DNA of 64,000 bases from Alphaproteobacteria bacterium (GCA_965227515.1 CBDDFZ010000001.1:3392001-3456000); one strand, 5' to 3'; shown: positions 1 to 12,172, numbered from the stretch's first letter. The notes: generated by a model from the letters alone, not told the origin. Made by a program: numbers and translations.

Positions 1-273
1 CTGGAGCTCGCCTCGCGGGTGTTCGTGCTGAAGACCAGCACCACGCCGGCAACCACGCAGTTGTTCGCCGTATGGACCGTGACCCGGGGCCAGCAGTACA
101 TCGACCAGACCGCGTATCGCGGTTTCCCGTGGATTCCGGGCTCGCGCCTCTACGAGGATGCGGAAGGCAAGTACATCGCGCTTTGCGATGGCCCGTGTGC
201 CAACCGTTTCGACGAGTTCAACGCCGAGTACATCGAGATCCTGGGCTTCCCGGCCGCGCTCGTGGAAGACTAG
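1..273 (+). CDS. 3' end of a hypothetical protein, truncated by the window edge
   Basis: Frame is open from base 1 (LELASRVFVLK...) to TAG at 271-273, has high-GC3 codon usage and is followed by a terminator. No recognisable motif. Confidence 0.7.
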   Translation: MELASRVFVLKTSTTPATTQLFAVWTVTRGQQYIDQTAYRGFPWIPGSRLYEDAEGKYIALCDGPCANRFDEFNAEYIEILGFPAALVED

Positions 274-301
274 TTCCTCCCAGTACCCAAGACCCAATGC
301 C

Positions 302-2458
302 TCAGCCCGGAGCCACCTGCTCCGGGCTTTTTTCTGTCATGCCGGCCTTGCGCAAGCCTTCCAGGTAGGTCGCCATCTGGTCGTCACGCTTCAAATAGAA
401 CAGGCGGTCGCGCGCGAACTCGACCGAGAACTCCGGCTTCACCTTCATCAGGTCGTCGACCGCAGCGCGCGCCTGCTCCTCGTCACCGAGGTGGCCGAGT
501 GCGGCGGCAAGGTGCGCCCGCGCCCAGTATTGCGCATTCGGAATCTGCACCGACCTTCGGGCCCACTGCACGGCATCCTGAAACTGGCCGCGGAACAGGT
601 GCGCCAGCGCGCGGTAGGAATAGAACGCCCAGCGGAACGGATCGTGCGGGCTCAGCTTGATGGCAATCTCGAATTGCTCGATCGCCTCGTCCAGGCGCCC
701 CTCGTAAGCCAATGAATCGCCAAGCCCGCAGTAGCTGACCGCCAGGCACGGGTTCAGTTCCAGCGCCAGCTCCAGCGCATTGATGGCTTGTTCGTACTCG
801 CGGCGCGCCAGATGAACCCGGCCGATGGTGAAGTGCGCGTTGGCGTCTTGGTGGTCGAGCACGATGGCGCGCTGCGCCATGGCCAGCGCCTCGTCCATCA
901 TCGCCGCTTCGGTCGCGGCGTCGAAATAGACCATGTTGAGGACGATGGCATAAGCCAGCCGCGAATAGGCGGACGCGAAATCCGGGTCGAGCGCGATAGC
1001 CTGGCGCATCAGCTCCTGGGCGCGTTGGTTGCTCTCCGGCGTGAACTTGTAGAACTCGACCGTGCCCAGTTGATAGAGGTCCCACGCGCCCAGGTTCTTG
1101 CGCGGCCGCCGCTCCGCCTTGCGGCGCTCGGTCAGCCCCAACTCGGACTCGATGCGCGACGCAACCAGGTCGGATATCTCGTCCTGCAGGTCGAAGATAT
1201 CGACCATGTCGCGGTCGAACCGCTCCGACCAGATGCTCTGCTCGGTCGCGGTGTCGGCCACCTGGACCGTGATGCGGAAGCGGGTGCCGGCCTTGCGCAC
1301 ATTGCCGGTGACGATGTAGTCGGCGCGCAATTGCTCACCGATGCTGCGGACGCTGTCGTTGGAGTCGCGGAAAGCGAAGGCGGGGTTGCGCGCCACCACC
1401 GAGAGCCAGCGGTTCTTCGAAAGCGCGGTGGTGATGTCCTCCGACACACCGTCGGCGAAATAGTCTTCCTCGCGGTCGTGGTTCAGGTTGGTGAACGGCA
1501 GCACGGCGACAGAGGGCTTGTGCGCCGCGGCCGCAAACCTCTCGCCGGCCTGCGGAAGCTCCAACTGCACCGGTGGATCGGCCTCGACCGCCGGTGCGGG
1601 ATCCTTCTTCGACGGGCCGTGCGAGACATCGGCGACGAAACGGAAGCCACGGCCATGCACGGTCGCGATGATGCGCTGCGAGGCGCCGTCGTCGCCCAGC
1701 ACACGACGTGCCGCCTTGATCTGGCCGCTGAGCGCGGAGTCCGAAACGATGCGGTCGCCCCAGATCGCCCGGAACACCTCCTCGCGGGTCACCACGCGGT
1801 CGTTGTTGCGGGCCAGAAAGACCACAAGGTCGAACACCTGGGGCTCAACCGTCACCCGCTCTCCGGCGCGCCGCAGCTCGAACAGCGACAGGTCGAGCTC
1901 GAAATCCTCGAAATAAAGAACATCCGGCGCCGAGCCATCGCTCTCCATGTCGACGCGATAGGCCAGGATCGGCCGGCTGATGTTCTTGATCGACTGCTCG
2001 CCGAGCGGCACGAAACCAACCGGCACATTGCTGCCGATGTGGTCGTGCACCTGGCTGGACAGCACGATGCCGCCGGGCGGCGCGATGGATTCCAGCCGCG
2101 ATGCGATATTGACGCCGTCGCCATAGATGTCGTCGCCGTCGACGATGACGTCGCCCAGGTGCATGCCGATCCGCATTGACAACGCAGACGAGCCGTTGGC
2201 GGCCCCCTTGCCGGCGCCAAGGTCGCGCTGGATCGACACCGCGCATTGCAGCGCCCCCACCACGCTGGGGAACTCCACCAGCGTGCCGTCGCCCATCAGC
2301 TTGACGGTGCGCCCGCCGTGACGGTCGATCGCCGGGTCGACGACGGTCGCGCGCGCCGCCTTCAGGCGGTCGAGCGTACCGACCTCGTCGCGCTCCATCT
2401 GCCGGCTGTAGCCGACGACGTCCATCGCGACGATGGTTGTGAGCCTGCGTTCGACCAT
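302..2458 (-). CDS. Class III adenylate cyclase fused to an OmpR/CadC-type winged helix, a TolB-like domain and TPR repeats
   Basis: Cyclase motifs AMDVVGYS, VKLMGDG, RIGMHLGDV, DIYGDGVNIASRLE; wHTH EPQVFDL...TVHGRGFRF; KPSVAVLPF; C-terminal TPRs. Start taken at MVERRL. Confidence 0.9.
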   Translation of the reverse strand: MVERRLTTIVAMDVVGYSRQMERDEVGTLDRLKAARATVVDPAIDRHGGRTVKLMGDGTLVEFPSVVGALQCAVSIQRDLGAGKGAANGSSALSMRIGMHLGDVIVDGDDIYGDGVNIASRLESIAPPGGIVLSSQVHDHIGSNVPVGFVPLGEQSIKNISRPILAYRVDMESDGSAPDVLYFEDFELDLSLFELRRAGERVTVEPQVFDLVVFLARNNDRVVTREEVFRAIWGDRIVSDSALSGQIKAARRVLGDDGASQRIIATVHGRGFRFVADVSHGPSKKDPAPAVEADPPVQLELPQAGERFAAAAHKPSVAVLPFTNLNHDREEDYFADGVSEDITTALSKNRWLSVVARNPAFAFRDSNDSVRSIGEQLRADYIVTGNVRKAGTRFRITVQVADTATEQSIWSERFDRDMVDIFDLQDEISDLVASRIESELGLTERRKAERRPRKNLGAWDLYQLGTVEFYKFTPESNQRAQELMRQAIALDPDFASAYSRLAYAIVLNMVYFDAATEAAMMDEALAMAQRAIVLDHQDANAHFTIGRVHLARREYEQAINALELALELNPCLAVSYCGLGDSLAYEGRLDEAIEQFEIAIKLSPHDPFRWAFYSYRALAHLFRGQFQDAVQWARRSVQIPNAQYWARAHLAAALGHLGDEEQARAAVDDLMKVKPEFSVEFARDRLFYLKRDDQMATYLEGLRKAGMTEKSPEQVAPG
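304..333 (+). terminator. Rho-independent terminator
   Basis: Perfect 10-bp stem AGCCCGGAGC-cacct-GCTCCGGGCT followed by a T run, 30 nt after the upstream stop. Confidence 0.75.
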
Positions 2459-2578
2459 GGTTATGGATCTGCCCGGTAATAGAGGTACCAATACCGGTTA
2501 GGTTACACCGGTGTCAGGTTCATTGAACATAGCCCGGTGGGACTGCTGTACCGTGGCAGCCCCACCGACGCACCAAAA

Positions 2579-3568
2579 CTAATCCTCGCCGAACGGCTCG
2601 AAGAGTGCCGTAGAGATGTAGCGCTCGCCACAGCTCGGCAGCACCGTCACCACCGTGCGGCCCTTCATTTCGTCACGCTTGGCGACACGCATGGCGCATG
2701 CCAGGGCAGCGCCGGACGAGATGCCGGCCGGAATGCCCTCCAGGCGCGCGACCTTGCGGGCCGTTTCCATCGCCTCGTCGTTGCTGACCAGCAGCACCTC
2801 GTCGATCAGGTCGGTGTCCAGGACCGGCGGCACGAAGCCCGCGCCGATGCCCTGGATCATATGCGGCGAGTGGGTGCCGCCGGAAAGCACCGGGCTCAGC
2901 TCCGGCTCGATGGCGAAGACCTTGATGTCGGGCTTGCGCTCCTTCAACACCTCGCCGACGCCGGTCAGCGTGCCGCCGGTGCCGACGCCCAGCACCACGG
3001 CATCGACCACGCCATTGGTGTCGCGCCAGATCTCCTCCGCCGTGGTGCGGCGGTGGATTTCCGGATTGGCCTCGTTGCCGAACTGCCAGGGCATCACCGC
3101 CTTCGGCGTCGCCTCGATGATCTCCTTGGCCTTCTCGATGGCGCCGTTGATGCCTTTCTCGCGCGGCGTCAGCGCCAGCTCGGCGCCCAGGTACTTCATC
3201 AGCTTGCGCCGCTCGATGGAGAAGCTGTCCGGCATGGTCAGGATGCAACGATAGCCCTTGGCCGCACAGGCGAACGCCAGCCCGATGCCGGTGTTGCCGG
3301 AGGTCGGCTCAACGATCACGCTGCCCGGCCCGATGGTGCCGTCGGCCTCCATCGCCTCCAGCATGGCGACCGCGATGCGGTCCTTCACGCTGGAGATCGG
3401 GTTGAAGAATTCCAGCTTCGCCAGCACCTCGCCCTGGCACCCCGCCTCCTCGGCCAGCGGGCCGATGCGGACCAGCGGCGTGTTGCCGATGGTCTCCAGG
3501 ATGCTGTCGTAGACCCGGCCCCGGCCAGGCTTGTCGAACGTCAGTCTGCTGCTGTGTTGTGCGTTCAT
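2579..3568 (-). CDS. cysK: Cysteine synthase A (O-acetylserine sulfhydrylase)
   Basis: IGNTPLV, PLP lysine in [40 protein letters not shown]. Confidence 0.93.
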   Translation of the reverse strand: MNAQHSSRLTFDKPGRGRVYDSILETIGNTPLVRIGPLAEEAGCQGEVLAKLEFFNPISSVKDRIAVAMLEAMEADGTIGPGSVIVEPTSGNTGIGLAFACAAKGYRCILTMPDSFSIERRKLMKYLGAELALTPREKGINGAIEKAKEIIEATPKAVMPWQFGNEANPEIHRRTTAEEIWRDTNGVVDAVVLGVGTGGTLTGVGEVLKERKPDIKVFAIEPELSPVLSGGTHSPHMIQGIGAGFVPPVLDTDLIDEVLLVSNDEAMETARKVARLEGIPAGISSGAALACAMRVAKRDEMKGRTVVTVLPSCGERYISTALFEPFGED

Positions 3569-4470
3569 TGTGCGGTCCCCTCGTCCTCTGGATTGGTTGC
3601 ACTGATGACCCAGGATGAACTGTCCATCACGATACCATCGGCACCGAGTTTCTGGGCCTCGATCGCCTTCGCCAAGGCGGTTTCGATTTCCGGCCGCCGG
3701 GCCTCGGCCAGATCGCCGGCCTCGCGGAACACTTCGCCCGCCGGACCGATGGCCAATTGAAAGGCAATGGCGTCGTCCACGTCGTTGCCGACCAGCACCG
3801 GCGCGTCGACGCGCTGGAAGTCGATGTCGGTGTAGCCGGCCGAGCGCATCATCGCGGTCACCATCTCCTGGTTCGCCATGGAGAACGGGCCGGGCCCACA
3901 GGTCTGGGCATCGTCGCCCGGTTGCGGCAGGTACTCAAGCACCACGTCCTTGGCCATCGACAGCCAGGGGTTGTCGGCGCGGTTGCGCCAGACGATGTGG
4001 ACCATCCGGCCGCCCGGCCGCAGCGCCCGGCGCATGTTGCGCAGGCCAGCCACCGGGTTGGCGAAGAACATGGTGCCGAAACGGGCGAACACGACGTCGA
4101 AGGAATCCTGCGGCAGCGCGATCTCCGCATCGCCGCGCATGAACGACAGGTTGGCGAGCCCGGTCCTCTCCGCATCGACACGGGCCATGTCCAGGAAGGC
4201 ATCGCAACAGTCGACGCCGACGACCTTGCCATCGGGGCCGACCAACCGCGCGAGCTTGATCGCGGTGTCGCCGAAGCCGCAGCCGACGTCCAGCACCCGG
4301 TCGCCCGGCTTCACGGGCAGGTTCGGGAAGATCGCCTCGCTGTGCTGGGTCAGGCCATCGACCAGGATGTGCTTGAACCGAATGAACTTGGGCGCCAGTA
4401 CCTCGTTCCAAAAGGTCACGAAGGCCGTGTCCTCCTGCTCAACCGGCAACCGTTCGGCGGCATTGCTCAT
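3565..4470 (-). CDS. Class I SAM-dependent methyltransferase
   Basis: VLDVGCGFG motif [19 protein letters not shown]. Stop overlaps the cysK start (ATGA). Confidence 0.88.
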   Translation of the reverse strand: MSNAAERLPVEQEDTAFVTFWNEVLAPKFIRFKHILVDGLTQHSEAIFPNLPVKPGDRVLDVGCGFGDTAIKLARLVGPDGKVVGVDCCDAFLDMARVDAERTGLANLSFMRGDAEIALPQDSFDVVFARFGTMFFANPVAGLRNMRRALRPGGRMVHIVWRNRADNPWLSMAKDVVLEYLPQPGDDAQTCGPGPFSMANQEMVTAMMRSAGYTDIDFQRVDAPVLVGNDVDDAIAFQLAIGPAGEVFREAGDLAEARRPEIETALAKAIEAQKLGADGIVMDSSSWVISATNPEDEGTAQ

Positions 4471-4644
4471 GACGTGTCGCTCCTTTGCGTCAACGAACCG
4501 ATATTCGATGACACCAAGATGGGACATGCCGGGCCGCCATGCTTGAGGCCGCAATGGGCAATGTTGGGGAATTGCGTGGGGATTTCCTGAGGACGCGCAT
4601 TTTCGCGCTTCCGTGACGGCTTTTTGCCCGTGCGCCCGCGCCGG

Positions 4645-5613
4645 TTAGCCCCCGTAGCGTTGTCGCAAGGCGGGGCCTAGTTCGCGCTCGAAATATCGGA
4701 TGAAGCCGGCCTGGTCCTGGCCGATCTGCATCAGAATGATGTGGTCGTGGCCGGCCTGGACGAACTTGTCGACATGGGTAAGGTGCTGCTCCAGCGACGG
4801 GCCGCAACTGATCGCATCGGCCAGCGCTTCGGGCGGGGTGAACTTGCTGGCGCCGGCAAAGCCATCCGGATTGGGGATCTCCGTCACTACCGGCCAACCT
4901 GTCACCGCCCAGCGGAACGTGTGGTGCACGGTCTTCAGCGCGTCGTCCTTGTTGTCGGCGACGCACAGGCCGACCTCGGTGTAGCGAGGCCCGTCGCCGC
5001 CCGCGGCACGGTAGCCGTCAACCAACTCGGACTTCGGTTCGACCGTGATCAGCCCATCGCCCTTGCGCCCAGCCAATCGTGCCGCGCGCGGTCCGCCGGC
5101 GGCGATCACCACGGGCGGCTTGCGCTCGGGTCGGTCATAGAGCTTGGCCTGGTCCAATTGCAGGTGCTTGCCGCGGTAGTTGGTCATCTCGCCGGACAGC
5201 AGGCCCTGGATGATGTCGACCGCCTCCGCCAGCCGTTCGTGGCGGATGCCCATGCCCGGCCACCCCTGCCCGACGATGTGCTCGTTCAGGCGCTCGCCGG
5301 TGCCGACCGCCAGGGTGAAACGGTCGTCGGACATCAGCGCCGTCGTCGCCGTCGCCTGGGCGATGATCGCCGGGTGATAGCGCATGTGCGGGCAGGTCAC
5401 CGCGGTCATCAGGCCGAGCCGGCTGGTCGCCTGCGCGAGCGCGCCTAGCACGGTCCAGCACAGCGGCGAATGTCCCTGCTCCTCCAGCCACGGGAAGAAG
5501 TGGTCGGATATGGCGGCGAAATCGAAGCCGGCGTCTTCGGCCTGCAGCGCCGATTGGACCAGCGCCTTCGGCCCGTGCTCCTCGCACAACAGCTTGTAGC
5601 CGAACTTGATCAT
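4645..5613 (-). CDS. Luciferase-like, F420-dependent oxidoreductase of the G6PDH/FGD-like family
   Basis: SDHFFPW, TAVTCPxxRYHPAIIAQA and GTGERLNE, typical of FGD-like hydride transferases. Start at MIKFGYK; the ORF-track extension overlaps the upstream gene. Confidence 0.85.
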   Translation of the reverse strand: MIKFGYKLLCEEHGPKALVQSALQAEDAGFDFAAISDHFFPWLEEQGHSPLCWTVLGALAQATSRLGLMTAVTCPHMRYHPAIIAQATATTALMSDDRFTLAVGTGERLNEHIVGQGWPGMGIRHERLAEAVDIIQGLLSGEMTNYRGKHLQLDQAKLYDRPERKPPVVIAAGGPRAARLAGRKGDGLITVEPKSELVDGYRAAGGDGPRYTEVGLCVADNKDDALKTVHHTFRWAVTGWPVVTEIPNPDGFAGASKFTPPEALADAISCGPSLEQHLTHVDKFVQAGHDHIILMQIGQDQAGFIRYFERELGPALRQRYGG

Positions 5614-5642
5614 CGTCCCCCTCCCCCAAAATGCCGCCGGGC

Positions 5643-6644
5643 TCACCCGCCGCCGCGGTCGCCGTCTCCGCCCAGTGCCGCCATCGAACTCGCCGAGCGG
5701 CGATGGTCGCGGAAGCGCGCGAATTGCTGGTCGGCGATTACGCCGATCAGGATCACCGTACCCATCACCGCGAAGTTCAGCGACGACGGAATGCCCAGCA
5801 GGTTGACCAGGTTCTGCAAGATCTGCAGCAGGATCACCCCCAGCACCACACCGATGATCGACCCCTCGCCGCCACGTAGCGAGCACCCGCCGAGCACGGC
5901 AGCGGCGATGGCATAAAGCTCGTAGAAATTGCCATGGGTCGAGGGCGAGATCGACTTCGTGTACATGGCGAAATAAACGGCGGCGAGCGCGGTCAGCACG
6001 GCGCAGATGACATAGGCACCGACAATGACGCGCGTCGTGCGGATGCCGGAATAGCGCGCCGCCTCCTCGTTCTTGCCGACCGCGAACAGGTGGCGCCCGA
6101 ACACCGATCTGTGCAGCACGAGCCACGCGATGATCGCCACGATGCCGAACGCGATGATGCTGTGGGGCACACCGGCGGTGCGCCCGATGGTGAGCCAGTC
6201 GAGGTCCGGGAACGACTGGCCGAAGGTGAAGCCCGCCGTGCCGTCAGCGGTGTAGAACCGGGCCACGCCGCGATAGACCAGCAGGCCGCACAGGGTGACC
6301 ACGAAGGGCTGCAACCCCAGCCGCGTGATCAGGAAGCCGTGGGCGAGCCCGATCACCACACCCAGCGCCAGCACGATCACCAGCGCAATCGGCCATGGCA
6401 CGCCCACGACGGCGATCATGTCGACGAACAGAACGCCCAGAAGCGCGATCACCGACCCTACCGAAAGCTCGATGCCGGCGGTGATGATGACGAACGCTTG
6501 CGCGATCGCGAACAAGCCGAACAGTCCGATCAGGTTCGCCGTATTGGCCAGATTGTTCGCCGACAGGAACAGCGGATTGATGATCGCGACCACGATGCCG
6601 ACCACCAGGATCAGCACGAACAGGCCAAGTTCCTTCTTATGCAT
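5643..6644 (-). CDS. Sugar ABC transporter permease (RbsC-like)
   Basis: Hydrophobic; GIELSVG, FAVGKNEEAARYSG, YELYAIAAAVLGG. Confidence 0.92.
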   Translation of the reverse strand: MHKKELGLFVLILVVGIVVAIINPLFLSANNLANTANLIGLFGLFAIAQAFVIITAGIELSVGSVIALLGVLFVDMIAVVGVPWPIALVIVLALGVVIGLAHGFLITRLGLQPFVVTLCGLLVYRGVARFYTADGTAGFTFGQSFPDLDWLTIGRTAGVPHSIIAFGIVAIIAWLVLHRSVFGRHLFAVGKNEEAARYSGIRTTRVIVGAYVICAVLTALAAVYFAMYTKSISPSTHGNFYELYAIAAAVLGGCSLRGGEGSIIGVVLGVILLQILQNLVNLLGIPSSLNFAVMGTVILIGVIADQQFARFRDHRRSASSMAALGGDGDRGGG

Positions 6645-8157
6645 GCACGGTTCCGCCTTCGGGCGTGTGGCCGACGGCAAGTGTCAGCACGTTGTGTTCG
6701 GAGAACTGATCGCGCGTCAGCTCGCCGGCGATCTCACCATTGTGCATCACCAGGATGCGGTCGCTGACGCCGATCACCTCTTCCATGTCGGAGGAGATCA
6801 TCAGGACGGCGACGCCGTGGTCGGCGAGCCCACGCATCAGCTTGTAGATCTCGGTCTTGGCGCCGACATCGATGCCGCGCGTCGGCTCGTCGAAGATGAT
6901 CGCGCGGGGCTCCATGGCCAGCCACTTGGCCAGCACGATCTTCTGCTGGTTGCCGCCCGACAGCTCCATCGCCAGCCGGCCCACATCGGGCGCCTTGATC
7001 GACAGCGCCTCGCGCTGCGCGTTAGCCCGCGCGGTTTCGCGCTTGCGGTCGACCAGACCGCGGCGGCTGAGCGACTTCAGGGCGGGCATGGAAATGTTGT
7101 CCTGGATCGAGAACTCCAGGATCAGGCCGGATTGCTTGCGGTCCTCCGGCACCAGGAACAGCCCGCCGGCAATGGCGTCGCCGGGCGCGTGGTGGGCCAA
7201 GTCCGCACCATCCAGCACGATGCTGCCCTGGATCGCCTGGTCGATGCCGAACACGGCGCGGGCCAGTTCGGTCCGCCCCGCCCCGACGAGGCCCGCCAGG
7301 CCGACGATCTCACCCGCGAACACATCGAGGTCGACGGTGGCGCCCGGATTGGCTTCGGTCTGCAAGCCGTTGATCTGCAGGACCGGCGCGCCGCGCTCGA
7401 TACCCGGTGGATCGTAGAGCGCCTTCAGGTCGCGGCCGATCATCAGCCGGATCATCGCGTCGTGCTCGATCGCGTCGTGGGCAAGTTCGCCGGCGACCTT
7501 GCCGTCGCGCAATACCACCACGCGGTCGGCGCATTCCTCGACCTCGCCGAGCCGATGGGAGACGAAAATCACCGAGATGCCGTCTGCCTTCAGGTTGGCC
7601 ACGATCTCCAGCAGGCGATTGGTTTCCGAGATCGTCAGGCTGGAGGTCGGCTCGTCCATGATGACGACCCGCGCGTCGAGGGAGAGTGCCTTGGCGATCT
7701 CCAGCAACTGGCGCTCGGCCAGCGACAGGCGCAGCACCGGTGTGGTGGGCCCGAAGGTCGCGCCCAGTCGGTCGAGAATGGGCTGCACCCTGGCCGCCAT
7801 CGCCGCGCTGTCGACCAGCCCCAGCCGCCCTTTGCGCAGTTCGCGGCCGATGAATACGTTGGACGCCACGTCCAGATTGTCGAACAGGTTCAGTTCCTGG
7901 TGCACGAAGGCGATGCCGGCGGCCATCGACTGCTGTACCGACAGCGCCTTGTGCGGTTCGCCGCTGAGGCGGATGGTGCCGGCCGACGGCGCGATGACCC
8001 CGCCCAGGACCTTCAGCAGGGTGGACTTGCCGGCGCCGTTCTCGCCGATCAGGCCCAGCACTTCCCCGGGCGCCAATGACATCGAGACGTCATCCAGGGC
8101 GATCACGCCCGGATAGACTTTCGAAATGCCCTGAAGCTGCAGGATAGGCTCGGTCAT
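6637..8157 (-). CDS. Sugar ABC transporter ATP-binding protein (RbsA-like, two NBDs)
   Basis: GENGAGKST, DEPT, LSGGNQQK, DEPTRGIDVGAK. Confidence 0.95.
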   Translation of the reverse strand: MTEPILQLQGISKVYPGVIALDDVSMSLAPGEVLGLIGENGAGKSTLLKVLGGVIAPSAGTIRLSGEPHKALSVQQSMAAGIAFVHQELNLFDNLDVASNVFIGRELRKGRLGLVDSAAMAARVQPILDRLGATFGPTTPVLRLSLAERQLLEIAKALSLDARVVIMDEPTSSLTISETNRLLEIVANLKADGISVIFVSHRLGEVEECADRVVVLRDGKVAGELAHDAIEHDAMIRLMIGRDLKALYDPPGIERGAPVLQINGLQTEANPGATVDLDVFAGEIVGLAGLVGAGRTELARAVFGIDQAIQGSIVLDGADLAHHAPGDAIAGGLFLVPEDRKQSGLILEFSIQDNISMPALKSLSRRGLVDRKRETARANAQREALSIKAPDVGRLAMELSGGNQQKIVLAKWLAMEPRAIIFDEPTRGIDVGAKTEIYKLMRGLADHGVAVLMISSDMEEVIGVSDRILVMHNGEIAGELTRDQFSEHNVLTLAVGHTPEGGTVHA

Positions 8158-8279
8158 CGGCTTGATGTCGCACCGCGTCGCGCGCGCACCACGGCCATCC
8201 GGAACCCTTCGCCCCGGATGGCTGCAGCGTGCGTGTTACAAGACGGCGACGCGACAGGCGCCGCGCCGCCCACTTGGCG

Positions 8280-9227
8280 TCAGTTGCCTGAGATGCGCGA
8301 GATCAACTCCTCCTGGAACGCATCAACGTTCTCGGACGTGATGATCTTGGTCGGCACGATGATCAGGCCGTCATCCGGGACCATCGACTTGTCGCCTTCC
8401 AGGTAGTCGGCCATCAGGTGCATGCCCTGGTAGCCCCACTCATAGGGCTGCTGCACGACCGTGCCGGCAAAGCTGCCCTCGCGGACCGCGCCCAGCGTAA
8501 TCGGGTCCTCGTCGAACGCGATGACGGTGATCTCGCCCAGCTTGCCCGCGGCTTCCAGCGCCTCGTAGATCTTCGGCGGGTTGTAGGAGTAGAAGCCGAC
8601 CATGCAATCGATTTCAGGCATGGCCGCAAGAACATCGTCCACGTTGGAACGCGCCCGTGCGAAGTCGACATCGTCGCCGCGCACATCGACCAGCTCGATG
8701 CCAGAGCCCTCGACCGCCTGGCGGAAGCCGGCGATGCGCTCGACCGCATTGTCCGCGCCCAGGAAGCCGACGAAGCCCATGCAGGTACCGCCGTCCGGCA
8801 GCGCGCCGATGGCGATTTCACCCGCCTGCACGCCGGCGTCGGTGTTCGACGAGCCGATATAGGCGATGCGGTCGCTGTCCGGCGCGTCGCTGTCGGTGGT
8901 GAACAACGGCACCTGGGCTGCGATGCGGTTGAAAGCGTCGATCGAGGTCTTCGGATCGACCGACGAGATCATGATCGCATCGACGCCGGCAGCGACGAGG
9001 TCATCCATCAGCGCGTTCTGCAATGCAGCCGTGCCCTGGGCCGGATAGCGGAACTGCAGGTCGTAGTCCGGCAGCTCGGCTTGTGCCGCGTTCACGCCGG
9101 CCTCGGCCAGCTTCCAGAAGTCGGACGCCGCGTTGACGACGAACGCCATACTGGGCTTGTCCTGCGCCATCGCGGACGCGGAACCGAAGACGAGTGCCGC
9201 TGCACCCGCCAGCAATGCATATTTCAT
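8280..9227 (-). CDS. Sugar ABC transporter periplasmic binding protein
   Basis: Sec signal MKYALLAGAAALVFGSASAMA, GGAGG RBS, PBP type 1 motifs (TTDSD, IAFDED, VVQQPY). Confidence 0.92.
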   Translation of the reverse strand: MKYALLAGAAALVFGSASAMAQDKPSMAFVVNAASDFWKLAEAGVNAAQAELPDYDLQFRYPAQGTAALQNALMDDLVAAGVDAIMISSVDPKTSIDAFNRIAAQVPLFTTDSDAPDSDRIAYIGSSNTDAGVQAGEIAIGALPDGGTCMGFVGFLGADNAVERIAGFRQAVEGSGIELVDVRGDDVDFARARSNVDDVLAAMPEIDCMVGFYSYNPPKIYEALEAAGKLGEITVIAFDEDPITLGAVREGSFAGTVVQQPYEWGYQGMHLMADYLEGDKSMVPDDGLIIVPTKIITSENVDAFQEELISRISGN

Positions 9228-9424
9228 TATAGATCCTCCCAGGCCCGGGCTTTGCGTATGCCGCCCAGACTCCTTCACATCGTGGGCAGCCCGCCATGCG
9301 GGCTGCATCTGCCGGCCGGATAACCGGCGCAATCGCGCCGCACCGAACCGCGACCGGCGATGGGATAATACCCACACCGCTCGCGCACGGGCAACGCCGT
9401 TGCCTGCTAAACCCTTCGTCCCGC

Positions 9425-10477
9425 TCAGCCCCGCGCCAGTCTGAGTTTCTGCGCGTAAACGTTGATGATCAGGGCCAATAGCAGGATCAACCCGCGGATC
9501 AGCACCTTCAGGAAACTGTCGATGTCGATGTGGTCCAGCCCGTTGTTCAGCACGCCGAGCACGAACAGGCCGACAATGGTGTTGGGTATGCCCCCTCGCC
9601 CGCCGAACAGGCTGGTGCCGCCCACCACCACGGCGGCGATGCCGTCGAGCAGGTAGTCGTCGAACTCGTTCTGCTGGGCGCTGCCGAAATAGGCGACGCC
9701 GACCATGCCGCCGACGCCGGAGCACATGGCGCCGATGATCAGCACGCTGGCCAGGATGAGCTTGACGTTGACGCCGGAATACTCGGCGGCTTCCCGGTTG
9801 CCGCCGACCATGTACACATAGCGGCCGAAGCGCGTGTACTTCAGGACGAAGTGGCCGGCCGCCAGGAACAGCACGGCGACCACCACGATCCATGGCATGG
9901 ATATGTAGGTGTCCCCGGCCTGGAACTCGAACACGCTGCCGCTGCCCAGGGTCTTGATGAACTCCGGCACGTTGTAGGCGATCTGGCCGCGCACCAGCAT
10001 GGCCGAGACGCCGGCGCCGATCTGCATCATCGCCAGCGTCATGATGAACGATGGGATGCCGATCAGGGTGACGCCAACCGCATTGATGATGCCGAGGCCG
10101 AAGGCGGCGAACAGCGCGATGATGATCGCCGCATACCCCGGCAACGGGACGTTGGCGATGGCAACATACGCTTCCTGGGCGGTGAAGAACGCCAGCACGA
10201 TGCCGACCGCGTTGGCGATCGACGCGATCGACAGATCGATCTCGGCGGTCAGGATGACGAAGGTCAGCCCGGTGGCGATGATGGCGGTGATCGAGATGCC
10301 GCGCAGCACGTTGAAGAGGTTGCTGACGGTCATGAACGAGTCGCTCATGATCCCGAACACCGCGACCAGGAAGATCAGGGTGACGAAGGGGGCGATGTTG
10401 GTCATCTGGCGCGCGAGCCAGTCGCCAATTCCCTTCTGGTTCGCACTGGTCGGCGTGGCCGGCCCCTGTTCAGACAT
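9425..10477 (-). CDS. Sugar ABC transporter permease
   Basis: EIDLS, FGRYVYMVGGNREAAEYSG, IAAVVVGGTSLFGG. Confidence 0.92.
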   Translation of the reverse strand: MSEQGPATPTSANQKGIGDWLARQMTNIAPFVTLIFLVAVFGIMSDSFMTVSNLFNVLRGISITAIIATGLTFVILTAEIDLSIASIANAVGIVLAFFTAQEAYVAIANVPLPGYAAIIIALFAAFGLGIINAVGVTLIGIPSFIMTLAMMQIGAGVSAMLVRGQIAYNVPEFIKTLGSGSVFEFQAGDTYISMPWIVVVAVLFLAAGHFVLKYTRFGRYVYMVGGNREAAEYSGVNVKLILASVLIIGAMCSGVGGMVGVAYFGSAQQNEFDDYLLDGIAAVVVGGTSLFGGRGGIPNTIVGLFVLGVLNNGLDHIDIDSFLKVLIRGLILLLALIINVYAQKLRLARG

Positions 10478-10515
10478 GCGTAGTTCCCTCGACCCCGTTT
10501 GTTGGTTTCGGCCCG

Positions 10516-12018
<1,503 letters not shown>

Positions 12019-12032
12019 AAGTTTTCCTAACT

Positions 12033-12146
12033 CGTCATGCCCGGGCTGGCCCCTGCCCCGTTGGCAGGGGCCGAGACCCGGGTATCCACGACTTTCCTAT
12101 TCGCGACAACTAGACGTGGATGCGCGGATCAAGTCCGCGCATGACG
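12033..12146. repeat. CGTC-tagged palindromic (REP-like) dimer
   Basis: CGTCAT...ATGACG ends with two internal hairpins. The right half is the exact reverse complement of the left half of the copy at 24893. Confidence 0.85.
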
Positions 12147-12172
12147 ACAGTGTTTGGCTTCGGCCAACCCGA

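Noticed and set aside
8280-9893. Long N-terminal extensions in the ORF track (also 4645-6126, 26090-28288, 60906-62831)
   Set aside because: They overlap neighbouring genes or spacers; internal starts with RBS or signal peptides fit the families better.
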